A DNA stretch of 64,000 nucleotides from Macrostomum hystrix (taxonomy: Eukaryota > Animalia > Platyhelminthes): the NCBI GenBank assembly GCA_950097015.1, contig CATNEN010000001.1:27094001-27158000 (forward strand). The letters are read 5' to 3'. The translations under genes were made by a program, and so were the position numbers. Shown piece by piece: positions 13,201 to 24,323 of the stretch (the first letter of the stretch is position 1; each line of letters opens with the position of its first letter). Under the pieces are notes generated by a model. The model did no database searches and was not told where the DNA came from. It saw only the letters and a program-made list of their open reading frames with translations.

Positions 13201-14394
13201 TCTTCTATCCCAGGCTGGCTGGAGAGAAATATCGACCGGAGAGCCCTGCGCACTGGGACGCCACCGCACTCACCGCACTCAGTCTCAGTGCTGCTTGGGG
13301 GCCAGTAGACAGTCTAGGGGTTTGGGCTGTGTACATTCACGGCTTGAAATACAATGTACAGTCTGGGGCTTCGGCGCCCGGGGAAGGGAGGGGGTGGCTG
13401 TAATAAAATTTGGCCCGCAGAGTGGCGGAGGGGAGTTGGGGTGGCTGTCCTCGGAAAACAAAAAGTGACTCACTTTGAGATGATGCAGCTTTGCTCTGGA
13501 TTGAGCAGAGATGTTCAAAATTGACAGCATTGTTGGAAAACATGGAAAAGTGTAAGTGGATCAAATTTGGAGAAAATCTGACAAAGTGGGGCGACGATAT
13601 GTCGAATTGAGTGATTTTTTAACGATTTTTGAGCAGTTTTTTGCACTTTTGAGCAGGAAGGAAATGATTTTTCGGGAATTTGAGTAGCCTATTGCACTCA
13701 GCGTAGGTGGTTTTAGGTATGTGCAAAGTTTGGTGCGATTTGGTTGAGCGGTTTCGGCGTCTATAAAGACAAAAGGTTGCACACACACACAGACACACAG
13801 ACAGAGTTTTCACTTTTATATATATAGATAATACGAAATGTATTTTACTCGTAGCCGCCTATTGCTATCTGCTTAACTGCGGCTGTGTTTGTCTCGGTGC
13901 GCTCATTGTTTTTAACTTGAGTATGCAATTTTTTACTACTCTAAGCAATAAGTATAATTTATTATTTCCTTGAATTAGTTTTAATGTTAAATTAATTTTT
14001 TCCCGTTGCGTTTATCATGCTAGTTATTTGGCAGGTAGTAGCATGATTGGAATGTAGATTGTAGAAACAATAAAAGTACATAAAATGAATATACGGAAGT
14101 ATTTTGGAATTATTATTATACTCTCTAAGTACTTTAAGCGAAACTGTCACATTATATTTTCTTGTTACTTTGACTACTTGTCGACCACAAAACTACTTTG
14201 TGTTATTTAGAAATAGATTGAATTCAACGATAACATCACTTAAATTGTAAAAAGTAATAATCGCACGTTGTGGACATAATTGCCATGGACGAGAATTTCT
14301 TTAATTAAACTAATTCTAGCATGCGCCCATTTACCACGCAAAAGATGGATTGTAGAAATGAGCTGCTCTTAAAGGACACCATAGTTTTGGTTAA

Positions 14395-14687
14395 AAAATT
14401 ACAATTCTCTTAAAGCGAAATTACGACATCTTACAATTCACGTTAAGCGAAATTGCGACATCTTACAATTCGCTAAACGCGAAATTGCGACTTCTTACAA
14501 TTCGCTTGATGCAAATTGCTGAAAAGTACAATTACCGTTCGCAAAAATTGCAATTTTGTTTTGTCCTACACAGAAATTGTAATTTAATTACACAATTGAA
14601 TTGCAATGAAATGGGCTTTCTTGCGCAATTTTGCCCAATTTCTGCGCGTAATTTTGCGCAATTTTGCGCAATTCGTGTGGTCATGTG
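14395..14687. repeat. AATTGC/GCAATT-rich subterminal array ending ...CATGTG; probable right end of a CACTA/CMC element
   Basis: Same repeat style as the CMC right end at 51360-51545. Confidence 0.45.
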
Positions 14688-14741
14688 AATGCACTCCTAT
14701 CATGGTGCCCGTGGGGTCTTTCAGCAGGTCTATTTCCTTTA

Positions 14742-17700
14742 ACGTTAGCGACATTTTACCGCACTGTTTATAACATGTTAAAAAACCGCACTGTCTAACA
14801 AACCTTATAATGCGGTAGACTATGCGGAATTTACCGCACTGTTCGAGAGTTCGAATCTCTTTTCAAAGGAAGCGAGTTGTGTCTTTTAGGAAGCTTCTGA
14901 TGTAGGCCTATGTACTTTGCAAACTCAGTTCAAACAAGCTGTAAAGTGGATACCATCATTATGTGGGGTATAAGTTTAGATGGTGCCGCGGTCTCTCGAT
15001 TCTACGGACTGAACAGTTAGCTGTTGACAGCCTTACGTATGTTTGTCTATTTGTAATGTATAGGTCTCTGTTGTTCGTAATTTTTTAGCTACGAGTACAT
15101 GTATATCTTCCGTAATCGCATAATAATTTTCAGGTATCTGGATGAGCAATTCCAGAGGTTCAGGACAGAACAAACGCCACGTCCCTCATCGCCGATTATT
15201 TTTATATGCTCAGTATAAAAATTTATAGTGTTAACGAAGCACTCTTGGTTGTCCAGTACGGTAAGTTATTGATGTATTAAAACTTCCTGGACATGTAAAT
15301 ATTGAATTTGTTTTATCACAACCGGAGATGTTGCGAACAGGTCTACTTCATTTGACTACCAGCAGAGTTTAATGGCCAGTCAAATTGCTGTCAGTCATGT
15401 GTCGTGCTCCAGTTGCGAACGTACAAGATATTCGAGACTGGCACAAATTAAAATTAAAATAAACTAACAGGTTCTTGACGCTTATCTAGCTTCCTTGGCT
15501 GCGGCTCACGATGGCATGTGAGCCTCCTGACCAGTCATGTCCAACTTGTATTATCTGGTCTCTCGAAAAGCTCGACGAAACCGCAAACGCGCAACTCGGG
15601 CAGGCCGAACAATCAGCTTGTACAAAAGAACACCAAACTGCCAGAAGAGCTAGTGATTAGGTTGCGTAAGGTTAGTTGTAGTTACATTTTTTAGTTCGTG
15701 ACACATTCTTTTTTTTTTTTCAACTAAAATCTGATTCGTTGATAAAGGGCTGGGTGGCAAAAGTGCATTGGCGTGCGCCATGAGTGAGTGAGCTGACTTG
15801 AGATAGAGACCGCTGCCACCAGTGTAAACTAAATCAGAAGGCGAGACTTGCGCGAGAACCGAGAAAACACCAGGTGACTAAAGCCTCAAGTGAGCGACTT
15901 TATATTTGGCGATTTACACCAGAGAGTGTACATCGCATTGCACAATTTACGAAGCCAACTTACGACCCGATGCGAGAATGAATCACCGCACACCTTACAA
16001 TATGTATCGATTCATTATCCAGTAAATTGATTGATTCGTTGGTTTTCGCTAAAATTTATTGATTTATTATCCCATGAATTGATTCATTGGTTGATTTAAA
16101 CATAATTTATTGACTGATTAACTATAAAAGTCCGATCTCCAAAAAACTACTGTTCAGGCCTCCATTGCCAAGGCCTCAGTGCTTGGCATCTGGCATGACA
16201 CCAACCATTTCATCCTTGTATGGATTAACTTGCGCAGCGGGTTCTTAACAATTTTGGACCCTGCTGGAGAGCGGGAAGCTGAGCTGCCAAGCATTTGTGA
16301 AGCTATCAAGTAATAAATTCCGTACCTTTGCTTAAACTTTTTTTACGGTCTCTGCACGTCACAATTCCTCCTTTGACTTGCAACGACAAGCAAAGCGACA
16401 TTGTGATTATGATTTTAATTTGGATTTTCTCTATTGAGCTATATAAATTTTCAGCACGTTGGCACTTCCGGCCGATATTAAATGGCCACAACTTGAGGTC
16501 CGCAGATTTGAACACCCGATGCAGCAGGACTGCAATAGTTGCGGAATATTTTGCTGCATTTATGCTTCTCGAATAGTGCAGCACGCCGACTTAGCGCAGC
16601 CAGTGCAGGCGACTGCGCTAGCCTTGCTAAATTATCGCCAAAAAAATTGGCGCGCATTGCTCCGGCGGGCCAGCAAATGCGTTGATTCCCGCTGCTTTTT
16701 ATGCGGTGAAAAAGATTGTCCTAGCGGAGCTGCCGAGCCCGAGAAAGAGCAAGACCTGTGGGTGAGTTCAATAAAGTTCGTGACTCATCTTATATATACT
16801 TAGACATAAACGTATAACAGTACACAGTAAACTCACAACCGCAATTTGTAAACATAATTATTGCATCAATTGTGAATCTTTTCACTTTCTAGCTATTGCC
16901 CACATACATTACACACGACAGATTTTTTGTGACTCGTGTCGCATGTGGTGCCACACGGTTTGCGCATTCGGCCATGCGCAAATCTCATCTGTCGAGTCAA
17001 TGGAGCAGCCGACTTGGCGGTGCGACTTCTGTATCGGGGCAGACACGTGAGTAGTTCGATTATGCTTTTAGATTCTGCAGTGCGAGTAAAAAATTCTTTG
17101 GTCTTCAGACGGCCGTGGCACCGATATTGACTGTTGCTGATATTAGAACATCCCCTTTCTCAAGAGGAACCAAGGTACGGAGGATTTGATAAGCTGCACC
17201 GTACGTCTTGACTGACTACGTCAAATGCAATGTCGCTCCGTCATTTGCAATTCAGTCTGGCTTGACTAATTGCATAGATTTTTGTACCGTAATATGGCTT
17301 GCGTCAGCATCCAGTTACTATTTACTCACTGTTTTGGCTCTGGACGATTTTTCGATGTGGACGTTTTTTTCGTTAACGACGTGCACAATGCAACAATACT
17401 AATTACACCGACTTTATATTCGAAGCTAAAATATATCTATCACTGTTAAACCTGACACTCCTACGCATAGTCCAAGCCTGAAATGAGGCTATTCAAACAG
17501 TGCGATAAATTCCGCATAGTCTACCGCATAGTCCAAGCCTGAAATGAGGTTATTTAAACAGTGCGGTAAATTCCGTATAGTCTACCGCATAGTCCAAGCC
17601 TGAAATGAGGTTATTTAAACAGTGCGGTAAATTCCATATAGTCTACCGCATAGTCCAAGCCTGAAATGAGGTTATTTAAACAGTGCGATAAATTCCGCAT

Positions 17701-17780
17701 AGTCTACCGCATAATAAGGTTTGTTGAACAGTGCGGTTTTTTAACATGTTATAAACAGTGCGGTAAAATGTCGCTAACGT
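14742..17780 (+). mobile_element. DNA transposon with ~100-bp TIRs and 8-bp TSD, carrying a Ulp1+PHD gene; no transposase seen
   Basis: TIR ACGTTAGCGACATTTTACCGCACTG... is mirrored at the right end; TSD TTCCTTTA on both sides; ~61-bp subterminal tandem repeats at 17460-17710. Confidence 0.85.
16158..17046 (+). CDS. Spliced Ulp1/SENP-like (C48) cysteine protease fused to a PHD finger (exons 16158-16309, 16455-16761, 16922-17046; upstream exons degraded)
   Basis: GT-AG joins keep frame. NHFILVWI...ILDP...QQDCNSCGIF gives the His/Asp/Gln/Cys set; CFLC...WIFCDSC..WCHTVC...WRCDFC is a C4HC3 PHD. Confidence 0.75.
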
Positions 17781-19315
17781 TTCCTTTAGGTGGTAAAAAT
17801 AAATGTTTGGTTGATGTATGGCAGCATACTTTATATCAACCTCCTTCTTGTTGCGACTATGTATGATTTATCAGTGGCTGAGATTTATTGTTGCTGTACG
17901 AAAATTGACTCAAATGCTTTGACGCTTGTCAGTTTATCAGCGAGTATTATTAAGCGAGTATCTTTTTTATTAGAAATTTATGTGGAAAGAGGAAAAGAAA
18001 AACAAAAGCGTATACGTTCGGAAGTGAAAAAGTATTGTATTTTTACAAAATCTAAATTAAAAAGCATACGAACGAGCGACAGCATATAAAAGGCGGACTC
18101 TGGGTAAAAGGTAAATCTCTAGTCTATGGCCAAGGGTGCGAGTACTATGTCTCATTTGACATAGTTATATTAAGACTGAGGCTATGTCAAAATTGTATAT
18201 AACTTTTAATCTAGAATTTTACTAATACTAGCTTTAATACAATATTGTCTAGATTTTTTTACTTTAGTTCTTCTTAGAGCCAAACGGTGATAAACTTCTA
18301 TTCTAAGTATAGCAAGCGTTATGTTAAAAGGGAAAGGACTTTTTTGAACATCCCTCATTGTATATCTTATTGTTATGTTAGGTCATTACTCCCCGGTGGG
18401 ACACCCGCGCCCAACCCGCGCCTTCCCACCAGTGGCCCCGCTGTACGCCCCACTATACGCCCACCCACCGGTGAGCGGCGGGAAGGCGCATAGTGGGGCG
18501 TACAGCGGGGCCACTGGTGGCCACCAGTGGGGGGCGCGGGTTGGGGTGGGGGGTAAATAAAATTCGGGGCATATCCTCAAAGTCTACTGTTAGTAGAAAT
18601 GTTAGTTTGAAATCATGAAGCCAACTCAGTCGTGTAGGAAATTATTTCTAGATTGATTTTCAATTGAATCCGACTCGATAAACTGTGCTCAAATCTATTG
18701 GGACACCGACGACAGCCATATAGTGTACTGACATAGTCAGAGTTAAGATAAAATTTTCTAGGTGACTTTCCAGGTTAATAAGTTCGAGTGGAAATCATTT
18801 GAAATCATGAAACCAACTCAGTCGTGTAGGAAATCATTTCTGTGGGGGAGATCAGTAGGGTGAAAGGGAGATCAGTAGGGTGAGAGGAAGTGTGGTAGTG
18901 AGATGCAGTAGGGTGAGAGGAAGTGTGGTAGTGAGATGCAGCAGAGTGAGAGGAAGTGTGGTAGTGAGATGCAGTATATTTCGCAGGTATCCGAGTTGCA
19001 TTGTATTTACGATTCTCATCCTGGATTCTCATTTTATATTCTCATCCTAGATTCTCATCCTAGTTTTCATCATAGATTCTCATCATAAAATCTCCAGGAA
19101 GAGAAAGCAGCAGCTCCACGACACCAAGCACGTCAAGAAAGACCAACCGGAAGGCCGTAAAAGTGCAGCGTCTACAGGTCTAAACACAATTATGAGCATA
19201 CGAGCACACATATATTTATGAGCACATGAGCACTGAGCACAACTGAATAACGAAAAATAACGAAACAAGTTCACTAAGTTGACTTGTAATGCCGCATGCT
19301 GTTGCCAGGGGCCGG

Positions 19316-19731
19316 TTACCAAGGACGCCACAAAGGCTGGGCTTTATCCTGATGCTGATGATGCTGCTGCTGCTGCTGATGCTGGTCCATCGACTGGCTT
19401 GATTCTTCGTCAGTAGACAAAGCCGACACCGTTGATGAGGCCGAAGACTTGCAGCAGAAGCTTATGGCCGCAGATTGAGTCTTGGCTGAGCCATTCAGCA
19501 GCAGCTCGACAGTCAGCTCCAGGATTTCGGCCTTCTTAGACGCTGAAGCCGGTACGGTTTTATCACTTTGTTGGCCTTCAGCAGCTGTATGAGTTTTTCG
19601 AAGCTGGCATTAATTCTGGCTCTGCGCTGCCGCTCCATCACCTGCTTGCTGATTCTCCGATGCTCCATCAACTCTTCTGGGCGTGTGGTTCGTCTGTTTT
19701 TTTTTTAATTCGGAGCTCGAAATTTTGCCAT
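19316..19731 (-). pseudogene. hes: Second HES copy, frameshifted
   Basis: Paralogue of 2186-2554 ending QHQQQQQHHQHQDKAQPLWRPW*. 1-bp deletion at ~19537 (CCTTCT-TAG vs CCTTCTCTAG) and an altered 5' end. Could be an assembly error. Confidence 0.8.
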
Positions 19732-20507
19732 CGACCGGCCGCCGCCCGAGTTTATAAGTACACCCCCACCGCCAACCCCCGGCTTCCTGTTTCCTCTATC
19801 CCCGCTTCGCTCGTGAAATGAAGTTTTAGCTGTCATGTTCCGCCTAGATTCTCCCAAATGTGCCTTATCTCTAAAAACAAACCTCATAAGTAAACAAGAA
19901 ATATCACCAATTCTTTGAGGACCTCTCAACAATTAGAGTTCACAAAAAGGCTCGTTTCAGCAAGCGTGTGAATTAAAAATGACTGTCAACACAGGTGGAA
20001 AGGCGGCTTTATTCTGAAGTTCTGACGGGCTTAAAGTTCTCTGAGACGTTGTTCCCTTTGAGATTGCGATTGAGAATGTGACAATTAACTGTAATTGCAG
20101 CAGCATTACATAGTTGTAGTTAGAACTTTCACAGTGTACAGCGCTAATTTCCTACGGCATTGTCAGTCTTGACGCCACTTTGGCTTAACAACAGCCAGTC
20201 AAAAAGTATTTTTGCCCTTCAAAAAGCCAGTCACACAGCAATAGTTAGAAAATCAGAAACATATTTCAGACATAGAATTTGAGAATTACGTTTATTTTGG
20301 CTCGAGCAAATAACCTTTTAAGCTGCAATGCACTGCAAACCTTCGTTTTCACTTTCACTTTCACTTCTCCGTTAAACTGATAGGTAATGCACGTGTGAAT
20401 TTCAAACCGATCAACATATTTTCCTCGCTCGCACTCACTCTCTCTATTGAAATTGCAATAGCGGCAATTCAGCCCGGCTGTGTAGTCTATGGTTTTTTAT
20501 ATAGCGA

Positions 20508-20850
20508 TTCTTATGCAGCAAAAGAGCCCGGCCGAGTCCCCTATGCTTTCTTATGCAGCAAAAGAGCCCGACTCAACCCTTAATGCTTTCTTATGCAGCA
20601 AAAGAGCCCGACTCAACCCTTAATGCTTTCTTATGCAGCAAAAGAGCCCGACTCAATCCTTAATGCTTTCTTATGCAGCAAAAGAGCCCGACTCAATCCT
20701 TAATGCTTTCTTATGCAGCAAAAGAGCCCGACTCAATCCTTAATGCTTTCTTATGCAGCAAAAGAGCCCGACTCAATCCTTAATGCTTTCTTATGCAGCA
20801 AAAGAGCCCGACTCAATCCTTAATGCTTTCTTATGCAGCAAAAGAGCCCG
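20508..20850. repeat. Tandem array of a 40-bp unit (TAATGCTTTCTTATGCAGCAAAAGAGCCCGACTCAATCCT), 9 core copies
   Basis: Core TTATGCAGCAAAAGAGCCCG recurs every 40 bp from 20511 to 20831. Confidence 0.95.
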
Positions 20851-21226
20851 CGACCCGCTTTGCTATAATTCTAAATTGATGACTACTGATAGCAGTTGTT
20901 GCAGTGTTAGGTGCGAGATCGGTTGGCTGATTGAATACATATACCAGTCATGATAATTTTGTTTCAAATGGCGCAGTTGTGACAGCAGCGGAATGCAGTT
21001 CGAACATTCTATGAAATGAGTTTCATGCAGGGTATTATCTTACGTTACATGATGACTGCAGCCCCATGCCACTGCCCGCACCTGAGTTAGGGACCCATTT
21101 CGCACTGTGATGATCGATCGAAATTTTTCCAATATACTGTGGGATATATAGTGACTATAGCGGTATTAGCTAGTGTTAGACGCGTTGCTGCTGCACTCAC
21201 GACATTGTTGGGTGCGTAGAACCACG

Positions 21227-21646
21227 ATGAATGCTCATCCTGTGGCGCTGTTCGGCTCGCCGGCCATCGTGGCACTCCTGGCCAGATGCGACATCGCCTG
21301 CCTGGCCCCGTTCCTGGCGCACCGAGGACGACTGGAGCAGCTGACCTGCCTGCAGCGCCACTGCCCGAATGCTGAGCTGAATGCCACCCAGCTACACACC
21401 TTGCTGAAGAGCCTCCTGGACTGGCTGCTACAACACCAGACAGCTGCGGGCTACGAGACTATCCTGGAGGTGACCTGCCTAACAGAGAACGAGGCTTTCG
21501 ACTTGGCCGAGCTGCTAGGCCTGCTGGAGGACACCTGTTCGGAGCTGCAGCACATTCTACACGGGCTGGACTACCGGCGCGGCGTGCAGCAAAGGGCAAG
21601 ACTGCGAGAGTTGTTCCGGAGTCGCGAATATCGAATGGAGCAGTAG
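21227..21646 (+). CDS. Small all-helical protein (139 aa), possibly CARD/death-fold-like
   Basis: GC-rich ORF in AT-rich context, followed by AATAAA at 21723. Leucine pattern LAPFL..RGRL...LLKSLLDWL...GYETILEV...DLAELL. Confidence 0.5.
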   Translation: MNAHPVALFGSPAIVALLARCDIACLAPFLAHRGRLEQLTCLQRHCPNAELNATQLHTLLKSLLDWLLQHQTAAGYETILEVTCLTENEAFDLAELLGLLEDTCSELQHILHGLDYRRGVQQRARLRELFRSREYRMEQ

Positions 21647-21733
21647 CAGCAGCAAAAAGACTTAGCTACTAGACAGTTAAAATAACTTATCCCTGTTTGT
21701 GAACCCAAACCAAGTCTGCACCAATAAAAGAAC

Positions 21734-23759
21734 CAAGGACCACTGTAGTATAACAGGACGGGAAACTCAAAGATCGTGTAAATTTTTAGAAGGCCGATTT
21801 CCTGGAAAAAATACACTGCGGAGATAGGAAAAAGTCATTTTTTCAGCACATAATCAATTATTGCTTTTGATCTGGAGCAAGTTCAAATCCGTTCATCTTA
21901 GTACAGCATGCCCAACATTAAGCTCCGTTGTTTTTATATAGCTTCGTTTATAAAAGTCTTATTTTCACATATATATATTATATAATAGTGTCTTGAATCT
22001 ATATAGACTATAGACTAGCACATTTAATGGCTCAAAATATGATAGCTAAATATTCTTAATTTGGCCTAAATTGTTTGAATTAACAAATTAGCTAAATAGT
22101 TTGGCAAAACTAACAGCCAAAAAAGTTAACTAATATAACAGTAACTATATAGCTATAAAGGTACAACAAATTTCAAAGTGATTTTAATGCAACTGTAGTG
22201 TCGGCATGTTTTATAATGCGTATATTTCTACTTGTAGTAACTTATTCGCGCACGTCAATATTATGAATTATTTTAATGTATCTTATAGGTTAGTTGTTTG
22301 TACATGCGCACCCCAGCCAGGCCTAACACGCGACCGGCCGGTCACCCCTGCTCTACAGCCAAGGCATCAGACTAGCCCTGGTCTGGTGGGCCCAACCAAT
22401 GGGAGGACGGCTAGCCGATTGAAGTGAACCGACTTAAGTGCGACACCCCGAGCCGGGCCAATCAGCAGCCGGTTCGTTAACCGGCAGGGTCGACCTGGCA
22501 GAAGAACAAGCGGCGCGGCCGGCACCCAGGCTTTGATGAGGGCTGGGGCGGGCGCTTGACTATAAAACTGACTATTGCGCTGAAATATTGTTCTCATGTG
22601 ATTCTGGTCTCGCGTTCGACCTTGCTCTTGCTCTTGATCTTGATATTGTTCTCATTCGTGTTACGCATCCTAGTAAATAGATACCGGGACAGGTAAACCG
22701 GTCCAACTAGTTAGTCAAAGAAAACCCCCACACTCAACCCCACGTCAGTAAGTAGCTTGCGCTGAGCTCGGTACGTCTGGCCAACTGCTGACGGAGTGTT
22801 AGATAGGGATTGGCAAGCACGGAAGCACTCTCCATATCGCCGACAATCATCGGTGGGACGCCGTCGAACAGACATTAGGTGTGGCACGATAGAACTATCG
22901 TTGTGCCATAGTGCAGAAGTGCTTGCTGGTCGCCTCGGTTTTATGTTAGGGATTTTGGTTAGGTTTCGCGTTATTTGTCTTGTTTGTTATAGGGACTATC
23001 TGTTTGTCTAGGATTTATTTGTGTTATTTATCGTGTCGTATTATCGAGTAGAGTTCGTGTTTTGTGTTGCGGTTATCGAGATTTTGTTAGTGCGAATTGT
23101 GAATTGGATTGAATTAAGTACAGTACCTGGCAGGGGACGAAAAGAGCGCTGCCAGGGGAATTGATCAGTGATCATAGCTTTCTCTTATTTACTGATTAAC
23201 ACTTAAATATCAGCTGTTTAGCTTGGGATTTGAATCGTCTTGTCTTCGTTATTTTCGAGTTGCGAAAAGGGAATCTCTCACAAAGAGTAGGACACCCGAC
23301 CTCATTTAGGAATCTCAACGTAAAGAGAGACCTAAGTCAAAATATCACACAACCAAGTAAGTTAATTAATTTTTGGCTGTTAGTTTTGCCAAACTATTTA
23401 GCTAATTTGTTAATTCAAACAATTTAGGCCAAATTAAGAATATTTAGCTATCATATTTTGAGCCATTAAATGTGCTAGTCTATAGTCTATATAGATTCAA
23501 GACACTATTATATAGTATATATATGTGAAAATAAGACTTTTATAAACGAAGCTATATAAAAACAACGGAGCTTAATGTTGGGCATGCTGTACTAAGATGA
23601 ACGGATTTGAACTTGCTCCAGATCAAAAGCAATAATTGATTATGTGCTGAAAAAATGACTTTTTCCTATCTCCGCAGTGTATTTTTTCCAGGAAATCGGC
23701 CTTCTAAAAATTTACACGATCTTTGAGTTTCCCGTCCTGTTATACTACAGTGGTCCTTG
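21734..23759. mobile_element. P-element-like foldback MITE (~400-bp inverted arms)
   Basis: Starts CAAGGACCACTG, ends CAGTGGTCCTTG; 8-bp TSD AAAAGAAC; arms 21734-22130 and 23360-23759 are near-perfect reverse complements. Confidence 0.85.
22194..23349 (+). mobile_element. Solo LTR
   Basis: TGTAGTG...TATCACA with 4-bp TSD CAAC; internal TATAAAA at 22561; related to the LTR at 645-1804. Confidence 0.85.
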
Positions 23760-23834
23760 AAAAGAACTAAGGTGGCAGATCCAACTCGATACCGGGAAGT
23801 TTATTTTGGATAACCTAAAAATAGACCGTATAAG

Positions 23835-23967
23835 AGTACAGTTCGTGGTGCGCGCACAATCCCTAAGAAATATATACATAAGACGATGCGAGGTGCTTAT
23901 CTACCTAAAAATAGCAGGCAAGTCCTTATATATTTTTAAGTAATGTGCGCGCACTATGAACTGTACT
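23835..23967. repeat. ~120-130-bp inverted-repeat module (GTACAGT..GTGCGCGCAC...GTGCGCGCACTATGAACTGTAC); other copies at 28616-28732 and, degenerate, 32152-32253
   Basis: Terminal inverted repeats with TA at the borders (MITE-like); in this window seen only inside the YR-Rep element. Confidence 0.7.
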
Positions 23968-24064
23968 TCTCGCTAAAAGTACACACTATCAACTTAACCG
24001 GGATCCGAATTAACCTAATTAAGCACCTATTAATAGAATCTGAGTCGATCAGTTTAAAACTATA

Positions 24065-24102
24065 AGATCAATATGCGCGCACATGTGCGCGCATATTGAT
24101 CT
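24065..24102. other. Perfect 38-bp palindrome
   Basis: AGATCAATATGCGCGCACA|TGTGCGCGCATATTGATCT. Confidence 0.95.
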
Positions 24103-24323
24103 ACTAGAAGTAGTATAGTAACACTGGTACTATCTGCTGCTCATCCTAAATAGCCTGCTCCTCCTCCTTGGGACGTACTTGGGACTCTATTATTAATAGC
24201 GAATCCCACCCTGTTGCACCCAGTTGAAGTTGAGTACCTGGGACTGCGTTGGCTTTCTGCAGCCTGCTCATTTTCATACATCCAAATTTGAACGCGCCTA
24301 TAATTAACCTGCGGAAGCACAGA

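Larger units (their letters stand above)
11906..13828 (-). mobile_element. Non-autonomous (internally deleted) Helitron
   Basis: On the minus strand: 5' A|TCTATATATATAAAA at 13828; 3' GCCC..GGGC hairpin followed by CTAG|T at 11906; A|T insertion site; contains a PIF1 fragment. Confidence 0.8.

Noticed and set aside
20508-20850. CRISPR-like array
   Set aside because: The units are contiguous near-identical repeats with no unique spacers, there are no cas genes, and the context is eukaryotic.
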